Positions 14,200 through 29,500 of a DNA stretch of 64,000 nt are shown in pieces. The position numbers and the translations under genes were made by a program. The first letter of the stretch is position 1; each line of letters begins with the position of its first letter. The DNA comes from Eledone cirrhosa (Eukaryota): assembly GCA_964016885.1 (NCBI GenBank), contig OZ024745.1:65286001-65350000 (forward strand). Direction: 5' to 3'. The notes beneath the pieces were generated by a model. That model did not search any database. It saw only the letters and a program-made list of their open reading frames with translations, and was not told where the DNA came from.

Positions 14200-17100
14200 T
14201 TGGGGGATCCATTTTTTATTTGTGTGATCCATTTTTTATTTGGGGGTGCATTTTTTATTTGGGGGATCCATTTTTATTTGGGTGATCCATTTTTTATTTG
14301 GGGGATCCATTTTTTATTTGGGTGATCCATTTTTTATTTGGGTTGATCCCTTTTTTATTTGGGGGATCCATTTTTTATTTGGGTGATCCATTTTTTATTT
14401 GGGGGATCCATTTTTTATTTGGGGGATCCATTTTTTATTTGGTTGATCCATTTTTTATTAGGGGGATCCATTTTTTATTTGGGTGATCCATTTTAATTTG
14501 GAGATCCATTTTTTGTTTAGGTGATCCATTTTATAATTGGGTGATCCATTTTTTATTTGGGGGATCCATTTTTTATTTGGGGGATCCATTATTTATTTGG
14601 GTGATCCATTTTTTATTTGGGTGATCCATTTTTTATTTGGGTGATCCATTTTTTATTTGGGTGATCCATTTTTTATTTGGGTGATCCATTTTTTATTTGG
14701 GGGATCCATTTTTTATTTGGGTGATCCATTCTTTATTTGGGTGATCCATTTTTTATTTGAGGGATCCATTTTATATTTGGGTGATCCATTTTTTATTTGG
14801 GTGATCCATTTTTTATTTGGGGGATCCATTTTTTATTTGGGGGATCCATTTTTTATTTGGGGGATCCATTTTTTATTTGGGGGATCCATTTTTTATTTCG
14901 GGGATCCATTTTTTATTTGGGTGATTCATTTTTTATTTGGGGGATCCATTTTTTATTTGGGTGATCCATTTTTTTTATTTGGGGGTCCATTTTTTATTTG
15001 GGTGATCCATTTTTTATTTGGATGATCCATTTTTTATTTGGGTGATCCATTTTTTATTTGGGTGATCCATTTTTTATTTTGCTGATTCATTTTTTATTTG
15101 GGTGATCCATTTTTTATTTGGGGGATCCATTTTTTATTTGGGTGAACCATTTTTTATTTGGGAGATCCATTTTTTATTTGGGTGATCCATTTTTTATTTG
15201 GGTGATCCATTTTTTATTTGGGGGATCCATTTTTTATTTGGGTGATCCATTTTTTATTTGGGTGATCCATTTTTTATTTGGGGGATCCATTTTTTATTTG
15301 GGTGAACCATTTTTTATTTGGGAGATCCATTTTTTATTTGGGTGATCCATTTTTTATTTGGGTGATCCATTTTTTATTTGGGGGATCCATTTTTTATTTG
15401 GGTGATCCATTTTTTATTTGGGTGATCCATTTTTTATTTGGGGGATCCATTTTTTATTTGGGGGATCCATTTTTTATTTGGGTGATCCATTTTTATTTGG
15501 AGATCCATTTTGTATTTGGGTGATCCATTTTTTAATTGGGTGATCCATTTTTTATTTGGGTGATCCTTTTTTTATTTGGGTGATCCATTTTTTATTTGGG
15601 TGGTCCATTTTTTATTTGGGTGATCCATTTTTTATTTGGGGGATCCATTTTTTATTTGGGTGATCCATTTTTCATCTGGGGATCCATTTTTTATTTGGGT
15701 GATCCATTTTTTATTTGGGTGATCCATTTTTTATTTGGGGGATACATTTTTTATTTGGGTGATCCATTTTTTATTTGGGGGGGTCCATTTTTTATTTGGG
15801 GGATCCATTTTTATTTGGGTGATCCATTTTTTATTTGGGGGATCCATTTTTTATTTGGGTGATCCCTTTTTTATTTGGGGGATCCATTTTTTATTTGGGT
15901 GATCCATTTTTTATTTGGGGGATCCATTTTTTATTTGGGGGATCCATTATTTATTTGGGTGATGCATTTTTTATTTGGGTGATCCATTTTTTATTTGGGT
16001 TATCCATTTTTTATTTGGGTGATCCATTTTTTATTTGGGTGATCCATTTTTTATTTGGGGGATCCATTTTTTATTTGTGTGATCCATTTTTTATTTGGGG
16101 GTGCATTTTTTATTTGGGGGATCCATTTTTATTTGGGTGATCCATTTTTTATTTGGGGGATCCATTTTTTATTTGGGTGATCCATTTTTTATTTGGGTTG
16201 ATCCCTTTTTTATTTGGGGGATCCATTTTTTATTTGGGTGATCCATTTTTTATTTGGGGGATCCATTTTTTATTTGGGGGATCCATTTTTTATTTGGTTG
16301 ATCCATTTTTTATTAGGGGGATCCATTTTTTATTTGGGTGATCCATTTTAATTTGGAGATCCATTTTTTGTTTAGGTGATCCATTTTATAATTGGGTGAT
16401 CCATTTTTTATTTGGGGGATCCATTTTTTATTTGGGGGATCCATTATTTATTTGGGTGATCCATTTTTTATTTGGGTGATCCATTTTTTATTTGGGTGAT
16501 CCATTTTTTATTTGGGTGATCCATTTTTTATTTGGGTGATCCATTTTTTATTTGGGGGATCCATTTTTTATTTGGGTGATCCATTCTTTATTTGGGTGAT
16601 CCATTTTTTATTTGAGGGATCCATTTTATATTTGGGTGATCCATTTTTTATTTGGGTGATCCATTTTTTATTTGGGGGATCCATTTTTTATTTGGGGGAT
16701 CCATTTTTTATTTGGGGGATCCATTTTTTATTTGGGGGATCCATTTTTTATTTCGGGGATCCATTTTTTATTTGGGTGATTCATTTTTTATTTGGGGGAT
16801 CCATTTTTTATTTGGGTGATCCATTTTTTTTATTTGGGGGTCCATTTTTTATTTGGGTGATCCATTTTTTATTTGGATGATCCATTTTTTATTTGGGTGA
16901 TCCATTTTTTATTTGGGTGATCCATTTTTTATTTTGCTGATTCATTTTTTATTTGGGTGATCCATTTTTTATTTGGGGGATCCATTTTTTATTTGGGTGA
17001 ACCATTTTTTATTTGGGAGATCCATTTTTTATTTGGGTGATCCATTTTTTATTTGGGTGATCCATTTTTTATTTGGGGGATCCATTTTTTATTTGGGTGA

Positions 17101-17910
17101 TCCATTTTTTATTTGGGTGATCCATTTTTTATTTGGGGGATCCATTTTTTATTTGGGTGAACCATTTTTTATTTGGGAGATCCATTTTTTATTTGGGTGA
17201 TCCATTTTTTATTTGGGTGATCCATTTTTTATTTGGGGGATCCATTTTTTATTTGGGTGATCCATTTTTTATTTGGGTGATCCATTTTTTATTTGGGGGA
17301 TCCATTTTTTATTTGGGGGATCCATTTTTTATTTGGGTGATCCATTTTTATTTGGAGATCCATTTTGTATTTGGGTGATCCATTTTTTAATTGGGTGATC
17401 CATTTTTTATTTGGGTGATCCTTTTTTTATTTGGGTGATCCATTTTTTATTTGGGTGGTCCATTTTTTATTTGGGTGATCCATTTTTTATTTGGGGGATC
17501 CATTTTTTATTTGGGTGATCCATTTTTCATCTGGGGATCCATTTTTTATTTGGGTGATCCATTTTTTATTTGGGTGATCCATTTTTTATTTGGGGGATAC
17601 ATTTTTTATTTGGGTGATCCATTTTTTATTTGGGGGGGTCCATTTTTTATTTGGGGGATCCATTTTTATTTGGGTGATCCATTTTTTATTTGGGGGATCC
17701 ATTTTTTATTTGGGTGATCCCTTTTTTATTTGGGGGATCCATTTTTTATTTGGGTGATCCATTTTTTATTTGGGGGATCCATTTTTTATTTGGGGGATCC
17801 ATTATTTATTTGGGTGATGCATTTTTTATTTGGGTGATCCATTTTTTATTTGGGTTATCCATTTTTTATTTGGGTGATCCATTTTTTATTTGGGTGATCC
17901 ATTTTTTATT
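14200..17910 (+). repeat. Tandem higher-order duplication, period 1,855 bp
   Basis: ORF pairs 14298/16153, 14657/16512, 15118/16973, 15278/17133, 15596/17451 and 15835/17690. Shared variants tgtgtgat (~14221/16076), ttcatctggg (~15671/17526) and gggttatcc (~15997/17852). Confidence 0.93.
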
Positions 17911-19609
17911 TGGGGGATCCATTTTTTATTTGGGTGATCCATTTTTTATTTGGGTGATCCATTTTTTATTTGAGGGATCCATTTTATATTTGGGTGATCC
18001 ATTTTTTATATGGGTGATCCATTTTTTATTTGGGGGATCCATTTTTTATTTGGGGGATCCATTTTTTATTTGGGGGATCCATTTTTTATTTGGGGGATCC
18101 ATTTTTTATTTCGGGGATCCATTTTTTATTTGGGTGATTCATTTTTTATTTGGGGGATCCATTTTTTATTTGGGTAATCCATTTTTTTTATTTGGGGGTC
18201 CATTTTTTATTTGGGTGATCCATTTTTTATTTGGATGATCCATTTTTTAATTGGGTGATCCATTTTTATTTGGGTGATCCATTTTTTACTTGGGGGATGC
18301 ATTTTTTATTTGGGTGATCCATTTTTTATTTTGCTGATTCATTTTTTATTTGGGTGATCCATTTTTTATTTGGGGGATCCATTTTTTATTTGGGTGAACC
18401 ATTTTTTATTTGGGAGATCCATTTTTTATTTGGGTGATCCATTTTTTATTTGGGTGATCCATTTTTTATTTGGGGGATCCATTTTTTATTTGGGTGATCC
18501 ATTTTTTATTTGGGTGATCCATTTTTTATTTGGGGGATCCATTTTTTATTTGGGGGATCCATTTTTTATTTGGGTGATCCATTTTTATTTGGAGATCCAT
18601 TTTGTATTTGGGTGATCCATTTTTTAATTGGGTGATCCATTTTTTATTTGGGTGATCCATTTTTTATTTGGGTGGTCCATTTTTTATTTGGGTGATCCAT
18701 TTTTTATTTGGGGGATCCATTTTTTATTTGGGTGATCCATTTTTTATTTGGGGATCCATTTTTTATTTGGGTGATCCATTTTTTATTTGGGTGATCCATT
18801 TTTTATTTGGGGGATCCATTTTTTATTTGGGTGATCCATTTTTTATTTGGGGGGGTCCATTTTTTATTTGGGGGATCCATTTTTATTTGGGTGATCCATT
18901 TTTTATTTGGGGGATCCATTTTTTATTTGGGTGATCCCTTTTTTATTTGGGGGATCCATTTTTTATTTGGGTGATCCATCTTTTATTTGGGGGATCCATT
19001 TTTTATTTGGGGGATTCATTTTTTATTTGGGTGATCCATTTTTTATTAGGGGGATCCATTTTTTATTTGGGGGATCCATTTTTATTTGGAGATCCATTTT
19101 TTATTTAGGTGATCCATTTTATAATTGGGTGATCCATTTTTTATTTGGGGGATCCATTTTTTATTTGGGGGATCCATTATTTATTTGGGTGATCCATTTT
19201 TTATTTGGGTGATCCATTTTTTATTTGGGTGATCCATTTTTTATTTGGGTGATCCATTTTTTATTTGGGTGATCCATTTTTTATTTGGGGGATCCATTTT
19301 TTATTTGGGTGATCCATTTTTTATTTGGGGGATCCATTTTTTATTTGGGTGATCCATTTTTTATTTGGGGGATCCATTTTTTATTTCGGGGATCCATTTT
19401 TTATTTGGGTGATTCATTTTTTATTTGGGGGATCCATTTTTTATTTTGGGTGATCCATTTTTTATTAGGGGGATCCATTTTTTATTTGGGTGATCCATTT
19501 TTATTTGTAGATCCATTTTTTATTTGGGTGATCCATTTTTTAATTGGATGATCCATTTTTTATTTGGGGGATCCATTTTTTATTTTGGGGATCCATTATT
19601 TATTTGGGT

Positions 19610-22600
19610 GATCCATTTTTATTTGGAGATCCATTTTTTATTTAGGTGATCCATTTTATAATTGGGTGATCCATTTTTTATTTGGGGGATCCATTTTTTA
19701 TTTGGAGGATCCATTATTTATTTGGGTGATCCATTTTTTATTTGGGTGATCCATTTTTTATTTGGGTGATCCATTTTTTATTTGGGTTGATCCCTTTTTT
19801 ATTTGGGGGATCCATTTTTTATTTGGGTGATCCATTTTTTATTTTGGGGATCCATTTTTTATTTGGGTGATCCATTTTTTATTTGGGTGATCCATTTTTT
19901 ATTTGGGTTGATCCCTTTTTTATTTGGGGGATCCATTTTTTATTTGGGTGATCCATTTTTTATTTTGGGGATTCATTTTTTATTTGGGTGATCCATTTTT
20001 TATTTGGGTGATCCATTTTTTATTTGGGTGATCCATTTTTTATTTGGGTGATCCATTTTTTATTTGGGTGATCCATTTTTTATTTGAGGGACCCATTTTA
20101 TATTTGGGTGATCCATTTTTTATTTGGGTGATCCATTTTTCATTTGGGGGATCCATTTTTTATTTGGGGGATCCATTTTTTATTTGGGGGATCCATTTTT
20201 TATTTGGGGGATCCATTTTTTATTTCGGGGATCCATTTTTTATTTGGGTGATTCATTTTTTATTTGGGGGATCCATTTTTTATTTGGGTGATCCATTTTT
20301 TTTATTTGGGGGTCCATTTTTTATTTGGGTGATCCATTTTTTATTTGGGTGATCCATTTTTTAATTGGGTGATCCATTTTTATTTGGGTGATCCATTTTT
20401 TACTTGGGGGATCCATTTTTTATTTGGGTGATCCATTTTTTATTTTGCTGATTCATTTTTTATTTGGGTGATCCATTTTTTATTTGGGGGATCCATTTTT
20501 TATTTGGGTGAACCATTTTTTATTTGGGTGATCCATTTTTTATTTGGGTGATCCATTTTTTATTTGGGTGATCCATTTTTTATTTGGGGGATCCATTTTT
20601 TATTTGGGTGATCCATTCTTTATTTGGGGGTCCATTTTTTATTTGGGGGATCCATTTTTATTTGGGTGATCCATTTTTTATTTGGGGGATCCATTTTTTA
20701 TTTGAGTGATCCATTTTTTAATTGGGTTGATCCCTTTTTTATTTGGGGGATCCATTTTTTATTTGGGTGATCCATTTTTTATTTGGGGGATCCATTTTTT
20801 ATTTGGGGGATCCATTTTTTATTTGGTTGATCCATTTTTTATTAGGGGGATCCATATTTTATTTGGGTGATCCATTTTAATTTGGAGATCCATTTTTTGT
20901 TTAGGTGATCCATTTTATAATTGGGTGATCCATTTTTTATTTGGGGGATCCATTTTTTATTTGGGGGATCCATTATTTATTTGGGTGATGCATTTTTTAT
21001 TTGGGTGATCCATTTTTTATTTGGGTGATCCATTTTTTATTTGGGTGATCCATTTTTTATTTGGGTGATCCATTTTTTATTTGGGGGATCCATTTTTTAT
21101 TTGGGTGATCCATTTTTTATTTGGGTGATCCATTTTTTATTTGAGGGATCCATTTTATATTTGGGTGATCCATTTTTTATATGGGTGATCCATTTTTTAT
21201 TTGGGGGATTCATTTTTTATTTGGGGGATCCATTTTTTATTTGGGGGATCCATTTTTTATTTGGGGGATCCATTTTTTATTTCGGGGATCCATTTTTTAT
21301 TTGGGTGATTCATTTTTTATTTGGGGGATCCATTTTTTATTTGGTAATCCATTTTTTTTATTTGGGGGTCCATTTTTTATTTGGGTGATCCATTTTTTAT
21401 TTGGATGATCCATTTTTTAATTGGGTGAACCATTTTTATTTGGGTGATCCATTTTTTACTTGGGGGATGCATTTTTTATTTGGGTGATCCATTTTTTATT
21501 TTGCTGATTCATTTTTTATTTGGGTGATCCATTTTTTATTTGGGGGATCCATTTTTTATTTGGGTGAACCATTTTTTATTTGGGAGATCCATTTTTTATT
21601 TGGGTGATCCATTTTTTATTTGGGTGATCCATTTTTTATTTGGGTGATCCATTTTTTATTTGGGGGATCCATTTTTTATTTGGGGGATCCATTTTTTATT
21701 TGGGTGATCCATTTTTATTTGGAGATCCATTTTGTATTTGGGTGATCCATTTTTTAATTGGGTGATCCATTTTTTATTTGGGTGATCCATTTTTTATTTG
21801 GGTGGTCCATTTTTTATTTGGGTGATCCATTTTTTATTTGGGGGATCCATTTTTTATTTGGGTGATCCATTTTTTATTTGGGGATCCATTTTTTATTTGG
21901 GTGATCCATTTTTTATTTGGGTGATCCATTTTTTATTTGGGGGATCCATTTTTTATTTGGGTGATCCATTTTTTATTTGGGGGGGGTCCATTTTTTATTT
22001 GGGGGATCCATTTTTATTTGGGTGATCCATTTTTTATTTGGGGGATCCATTTTTTATTTGGGTGATCCCTTTTTTATTTGGGGGATCCATTTTTTATTTG
22101 GGTGATCCATTTTTTATTTGGGGGATCCATTTTTTATTTGGGTGATCCATTTTTTATTTGGGTGATCCATTTTTTATTTGGGGGATCCATTTTTTATTTG
22201 GGTGATCCATTTTTTATTTGGGTGATCCATTTTTTATTTGGGTGATCCATTTTTTATTTGGGGGATCCATTTTTTATTTGGGGGATCCATTTTTTATTTG
22301 GGTGATCCATTTTTATTTGGAGATCCATTTTGTATTTGGGTGATCCATTTTTTAATTGGGTGATCCATTTTTTATTTGGGTGATCCATTTTTTATTTGGG
22401 GGATCCATTTTTTATTTGGGTGATCCATTTTTTATTTGGGTGGTCCATTTTTTATTTGGGTGATCCATTTTTTATTTGGGGGATCCATTTTTTATTTGGG
22501 TGATCCATTTTTTATTTGGGGATCCATTTTTTATTTGGGTGAACCATTTTTTATTTGGGTGATCCATTTTTTATTTGGGGGATACATTTTTTATTTGGGG

Positions 22601-25240
22601 GATCCATTTTTTATTTGGGTGATCCATTTTTTATTTGGGGGATCCATTTTTTATTTGGGGGATTCATTTTTTATTTGGGTGATCCATTTTTTATTAGGGG
22701 GATCCATTTTTTATTTGGGTGATCCATTTTTATTTGGAGATCCATTTTTTATTTAGGTGATCCATTTTATAATTGGGTGATCCATTTTTTATTTGGGGGA
22801 TCCATTTTTTATTTGGAGGATCCATTATTTATTTGGGTGATCCATTTTTTATTTGGGTGATCCATTTTTTATTTGGGTTGATCCCTTTTTTATTTGGGGG
22901 ATCCATTTTTTATTTGGGTGATCCATTTTTTATTTTGGGGATCCATTTTTTATTTGGGTGATCCATTTTTTATTTGGGTGATCCATTTTTTATTTGGGTT
23001 GATCCCTTTTTTATTTGGGGGATCCATTTTTTATTTGGGTGATCCATTTTTTATTTTGGGGATTCATTTTTTATTTGGGTGATCCATTTTTTATTTGGGT
23101 GATCCATTTTTTATTTGGGTGATCCATTTTTTATTTGGGTGATCCATTTTTTATTTGGGTGATCCATTTTTTATTTGAGGGACCCATTTTATATTTGGGT
23201 GATCCATTTTTTATTTGGGTGATCCATTTTTTATTTGGGGGATCCATTTTTTATTTGGGGGATCCATTTTTTATTTGGGGGATCCATTTTTTATTTGGGG
23301 GATCCATTTTTTATTTCGGGGATCCATTTTTTATTTGGGTGATTCATTTTTTATTTGGGGGATCCATTTTTTATTTGGGTGATCCATTTTTTTTATTTGG
23401 GGGTCCATTTTTTATTTGGGTGATCCATTTTTTATTTGGGTGATCCATTTTTTAATTGGGTGATCCATTTTTATTTGGGTGATCCATTTTTTACTTGGGG
23501 GATCCATTTTTTATTTGGGTGATCCATTTTTTATTTTGCTGATTCATTTTTTATTTGGGTGATCCATTTTTTATTTGGGGGATCCATTTTTTATTTGGGT
23601 GATCCATTTTTTTTATTTGGGGATCCATTTTTTATTTGGGTGATCCATTTTTTATTTGGGTGATCCATTTTTTATTTGGGGGATCCATTTTTTATTTGGG
23701 TGATCCATTCTTTATTTGGGGGTCCATTTTTTATTTGGGGGATCCATTTTTATTTGGGTGATCCATTTTTTATTTGGGGGATCCATTTATTATTTGAGTG
23801 ATCCATTTTTTATTTGGGTTGATCCCTTTTTTATTTGGGGGATCCATTTTTTATTTGGGTGATCCATTTTTTATTTGGGGGATCCATTTTTTATTTGGGG
23901 GATCCATTTTTTATTTGGTTGATCCATTTTTTATTAGGGGGATCCATATTTTATTTGGGTGATCCATTTTAATTTGGAGATCCATTTTTTGTTTAGGTGA
24001 TCCATTTTATAATTGGGTGATCCATTTTTTATTTGGGGGATCCATTTTTTATTTGGGGGATCCATTATTTATTTGGGTGATGCATTTTTTATTTGGGTGA
24101 TCCATTTTTTATTTGGGTGATCCATTTTTTATTTGGGTGATCCATTTTTTATTTGGGTGATCCATTTTTTATTTGGGGGATCCATTTTTTATTTGGGTGA
24201 TCCATTTTTTATTTGGGTGATCCATTTTTTATTTGAGGGATCCATTTTATATTTGGGTGATCCATTTTTTATATGGGTGATCCATTTTTTATTTGGGGGA
24301 TCCATTTTTTATTTGGGGGATCCATTTTTTATTTGGGGGATCCATTTTTTATTTGGGGGATCCATTTTTTATTTCGGGGATCCATTTTTTATTTGGGTGA
24401 TTCATTTTTTATTTGGGGGATCCATTTTTTATTTGGTAATCCATTTTTTTTATTTGGGGGTCCATTTTTTATTTGGGTGATCCATTTTTTATTTGGATGA
24501 TCCATTTTTTAATTGGGTGATCCATTTTTATTTGGGTGATCCATTTTTTACTTGGGGGATGCATTTTTTATTTGGGTGATCCATTTTTTATTTTGCTGAT
24601 TCATTTTTTATTTGGGTGATCCATTTTTTATTTGGGGGATCCATTTTTTATTTGGGTGAACCATTTTTTATTTGGGAGATCCATTTTTTATTTGGGTGAT
24701 CCATTTTTTATTTGGGTGATCCATTTTTTATTTGGGGGATCCATTTTTTATTTGGGTGATCCATTTTTTATTTGGGTGATCCATTTTTTATTTGGGGGAT
24801 CCATTTTTTATTTGGGGGATCCATTTTTTATTTGGGTGATCCATTTTTATTTGGAGATCCATTTTGTATTTGGGTGATCCATTTTTTAATTGGGTGATCC
24901 ATTTTTTATTTGGGTGATCCATTTTTTATTTGGGTGGTCCATTTTTTATTTGGGTGATCCATTTTTTATTTGGGGGATCCATTTTTTATTTGGGAGATCC
25001 ATTTTTTATTTGGGGATCCATTTTTTATTTGGGTGATCCATTTTTTATTTGGGTGATCCATTTTTTATTTGGGGGATCCATTTTTTATTTGGGTGATCCA
25101 TTTTTTATTTGGGGGGGGTCCATTTTTTATTTGGGGGATCCATTTTTATTTGGGTGATCCATTTTTTATTTGGGGGATCCATTTTTTATTTGGGTGATCC
25201 CTTTTTTATTTGGGGGATCCATTTTTTATTTGGGTGATCC
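19610..25240 (+). repeat. Near-tandem duplication of ~2.5 kb at an offset of ~3.09-3.13 kb
   Basis: ORF pairs 19803/22894, 20044/23135, 21041/24133, 21181/24273 and 21798/24930. Shared 19-bp variant ttggtaatcc (~21341/24433) and ccattctt (~20613/23705). Confidence 0.85.
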
Positions 25241-26539
25241 ATTTTTTATTTGGGGGATCCATTTTTTATTTGGGGGATTCATTTTTTATTTGGGTGATCC
25301 ATTTTTTATTAGGGGGATGCATTTTTTATTTGGGTGATCCATTTTTATTTGGAGATCCATTTTTTATTTAGGTGATCCATTTTATAATTGGGTGATCCAT
25401 TTTTTATTTGGGGGATCCATTTTTTATTTGGGGGATCCATTATTTATTTGGGTGATCCATTTTTTATTTGGGTGATCCATTTTTTATTTGGGTGATCCAT
25501 TTTTTATTTGGGTGATCCATTTTTTATTTGGGTGATCCATTTTTTATTTGGGGGATCCATTTTTTATTTGGGTGATCCATTTTTTATTTGGGGGATCCAT
25601 TTTTTATTTGGGTGATCCATTTTTTATTTGGGGGATCCATTTTTTATTTCGGGGATCCATTTTTTATTTGGGTGATTCATTTTTTATTTGGGGGATCCAT
25701 TTTTTATTTTGGGTGATCCATTTTTTATTAGGGGGATCCATTTTTTATTTGGGTGATCCATTTTTATTTGTAGATCCATTTTTTATTTGGGTGATCCATT
25801 TTTTAATTGGATGATCCATTTTTTATTTGGGGGATCCATTTTTTATTTTGGGGATCCATTATTTATTTGGGTGATCCATTTTTTATTTGGGGGGATCCAT
25901 TTTTAATTTGGGTGATCCATTTTTTATTTGGGGGATCCATTTTTTATTTGGGTGATCCATATTTTATTTGGGGGATCCATTTTTTATTTGGGTGATCCAT
26001 TTTTTATTTGGGTGATCCATTTTTTAATTGGGTGATCCATTTTTTATTTGGGGGATCCATTTTTTATTTGGGTGATCCATTTTTTAGTTGGGTGGTCCAT
26101 TTTTTATTTGGGTGATCCATTTTTTATTTGGGGGATCCATTTTTTATTTGGGTGATCCATTTATTATTTGGGGATCCATTTTTTATTTGGGTGATCCATT
26201 TTTTATTTGGGTGATCCATTTTTTATTTGGGGGATCCATTTTTTATTTGGGTGATTCATTTTTTATTTGGGGGGTCCATTTTTTATTTGGGGGATCCATT
26301 TTTATTTGGGTGATCCATTTTTTATTTGGGGGATCCATTTTTTATTTGGGTGATCCATTTTTTATTTGGGTTGATCCCTTTTTTATTTGGGGGATCCATT
26401 TTTTATTTGGGTGATCCATTTTTTATTTGGGGGATCCATTTTTTATTTGGGTGATCCATTTTTTATTTGAGGGATCCATTTTATATTTGGGTGATCCATT
26501 TTTTATTTGGGGGATCCATTATTTATTTGGGTGATCCAT

Positions 26540-29500
26540 TTTTTATTTGGGTGATCCATTTTTTATTTGGGTGATCCATTTTTTATTTGGGTGATCCATT
26601 TTTTATTTGGGTGATACATTTTTTATTTGGGGGATCCATTTTTTATTTGGGTGATCCATTTTTTATTTGGGTGATCCATTTTTTATTTGAGGGATCCATT
26701 TTATATTTGGGTGATCCATTTTTTATTTGGGTGATCCATTTTTTATTTGGGGGATCCATTTTTTATTTGGGGGATCCATTTTTTATTTGGGGGATCCATT
26801 TTTTATTTGGGGGATCCATTTTTTATTTCGGGGATCCATTTTTTATTTGGGTGATTCATTTTTTATTTGGGGGATCCATTTTTTATTTGGGTGATCCATT
26901 TTTTTAATTTGGGGGTCCATTTTTTATTTGGGTGATCCATTTTTTATTTGGGTGATCCATTTTTTAATTGGGTGATCCATTTTTATTTGGGTGATCCATT
27001 TTTTACTTGGGGGATCAATTTTTTATTTGGGTGATCCATTTTTTATTTTGCTGATTCATTTTTTATTTGGGTGATCCATTTTTTATTTGGGGGATCCATT
27101 TTTTATTTGGGTGAACCATTTTTTATTTGGGGGATCCATTTTTTATTTGGGTGATCCATTTTTTATTTGGGTGATCCATTTTTTATTTGGGGGATCCATT
27201 TTTTATTTGGGTGATCCATTTTTTATTTGGGTGATCCATTTTTTATTTGGGTGATCCATTTTTTATTTGGGGGATCCATTTTTTATTTGGGTGATCCTTT
27301 TTTATTTGGAGATCCATTTTGTATTTGGGTGATCCATTTTTTAATTGGGTGATCCATTTTTTATTTGGGTGATCCATTTTTATTTGGGGGATCCATTTTT
27401 TATTTGGGTGATCCATTTTTTATTTGGGTGGTCCATTTTTTATTTGGGTGATCCATTTTTTATTTGGGGGATCCATTTTTTATTTGGGGGATCCATTTTT
27501 TATTTGGGGGATCCATTTTTTATTTGGGTGATCCATTTTTTATTTGGGTGATCCATTTTTTATTTGGGGGATGCATTTTTTATTTGGGTGATCCATTTTT
27601 TATTTGGGGGGTCCATTTTTTATTTGGGGGATCCATTTTTATTTGGGTGATCCATTTTTTATTTGGGGGATCCATTTTTTATTTGGGTGATCCCTTTTTT
27701 ATTTGGGGGATCCATTTTTTATTTGGGTGATCCATTTTTTATTTGGGGGATCCATTTTTTATTTGGGGGATTCATTTTTTATTTGGGTGATCCATTTTTT
27801 ATTAGGGGGATCCATTTTTTATTTGGGTGATCCATTTTTATTTGGAGATCCATTTTTTATTTAGGTGATCCATTTTATAATTGGGTGATCCATTTTTTAT
27901 TTGGGGGATCCATTTTTTATTTGGAGGATCCATTATTTATTTGGGTGATCCATTTTTTATTTGGGTGATCCATTTTTTATTTGGGTGATCCATTTTTTAT
28001 TTGGGTTGATCCCTTTTTTATTTGGGGGATCCATTTTTTATTTGGGTGATCCATTTTTTATTTTGGGGATCCATTTTTTATTTGGGTGATCCATTTTTTA
28101 TTTGGGTGATCCATTTTTTATTTGGGGGATCCATTTTTTATTTGGGTGATCCATTTTTTATTTGGGTGATCCATTTTTTATTTGAGGGACCCATTTTATA
28201 TTTGGGTGATCCATTTTTTATTTGGGTGATCCATTTTTTATTTGGGGGATTCATTTTTTATTTGGGGGATCCATTTTTTATTTGGGGGATCCATTTTTTA
28301 TTTGGGGGATCCATTTTTTATTTCGGGGATCCATTTTTTATTTGGGTGATTCATTTTTTATTTGGGGGATCCATTTTTATTTGGGTGATCCATTTTTTTT
28401 ATTTGGGGGTCCATTTTTTATTTGGGTGATCCATTTTTTATTTGGGTGATCCATTTTTTAATTGGGTGATCCATTTTTATTTGGGTGATCCATTTTTTAC
28501 TTGGGGGATCCATTTTTTATTTGGGTGATCCATTTTTTATTTACTGATTCATTTTTTATTTGGGTGATCCATTTTTTATTTGGAGGATCCATTTTTTATT
28601 TGGGTGAACCATTTTTTATTTGGGGGATCCATTTTTTATTTGGGTGATCCATTTTTTATTTGGGTGATCCATTTTTTATTTGGGGGATCCATGTTTTATT
28701 TGGGTGATCCATTTTTTATTTGGGTGATCCATTTTTTATTTGGGGGATCCATTTTTTATTTGGGGGATCCATTTTTTATTTGGGTGATCCATTTTTATTT
28801 GGAGATCCATTTTGTATTTGGGTGATCCATTTTGTATTTGGGGGATCCATTTTTTAATTGGGTGATCCATTTTTTATTTGGGGGATCCATTTTTTATTTG
28901 GGGGATCCATTTTTTATTTGGGGGATCCATTGTTTATTTGGGTGATCCATTTTTTATTTGGGTGATCCATTTTTTATTTGGGGGATCCATTTTTTATTTG
29001 GGGGATCCATTTTTTATTTGGGTGATCCATTTTTTATTTGGGTGATCCATTTTTTATTTGGGGGATCCATTTTTTATTTGGGGGATCCATTTTTTATTTG
29101 GTTGATCCATTTTTTATTAGGGGGATCCATATTTTATTTGCGTGATCCATTTTAATTTGGAGATCCATTTTTTGTTTAGGTGATCCATTTTATAATTGGG
29201 TGATCCATTTTTTATTTGGGGGATCCATTTTTTATTTGGGGGATCCATTATTTATTTGGGTGATGCATTTTTTATTTGGGTGATCCATTTTTTATTTGGG
29301 TGATCCATTTTTTATTTGGGTGATCCATTTTTTATTTGGGTGATCCATTTTTTATTTGGGGGATCCATTTTTTATTTGGGTGATCCATTTTTTATTTGGG
29401 TGATCCATTTTTTATTTGAGGGATCCATTTTATATTTGGGTGATCCAATTTTTTATATGGGTGATCCATTTTTTATTTGGATGATCCATTTTTTAATTGG

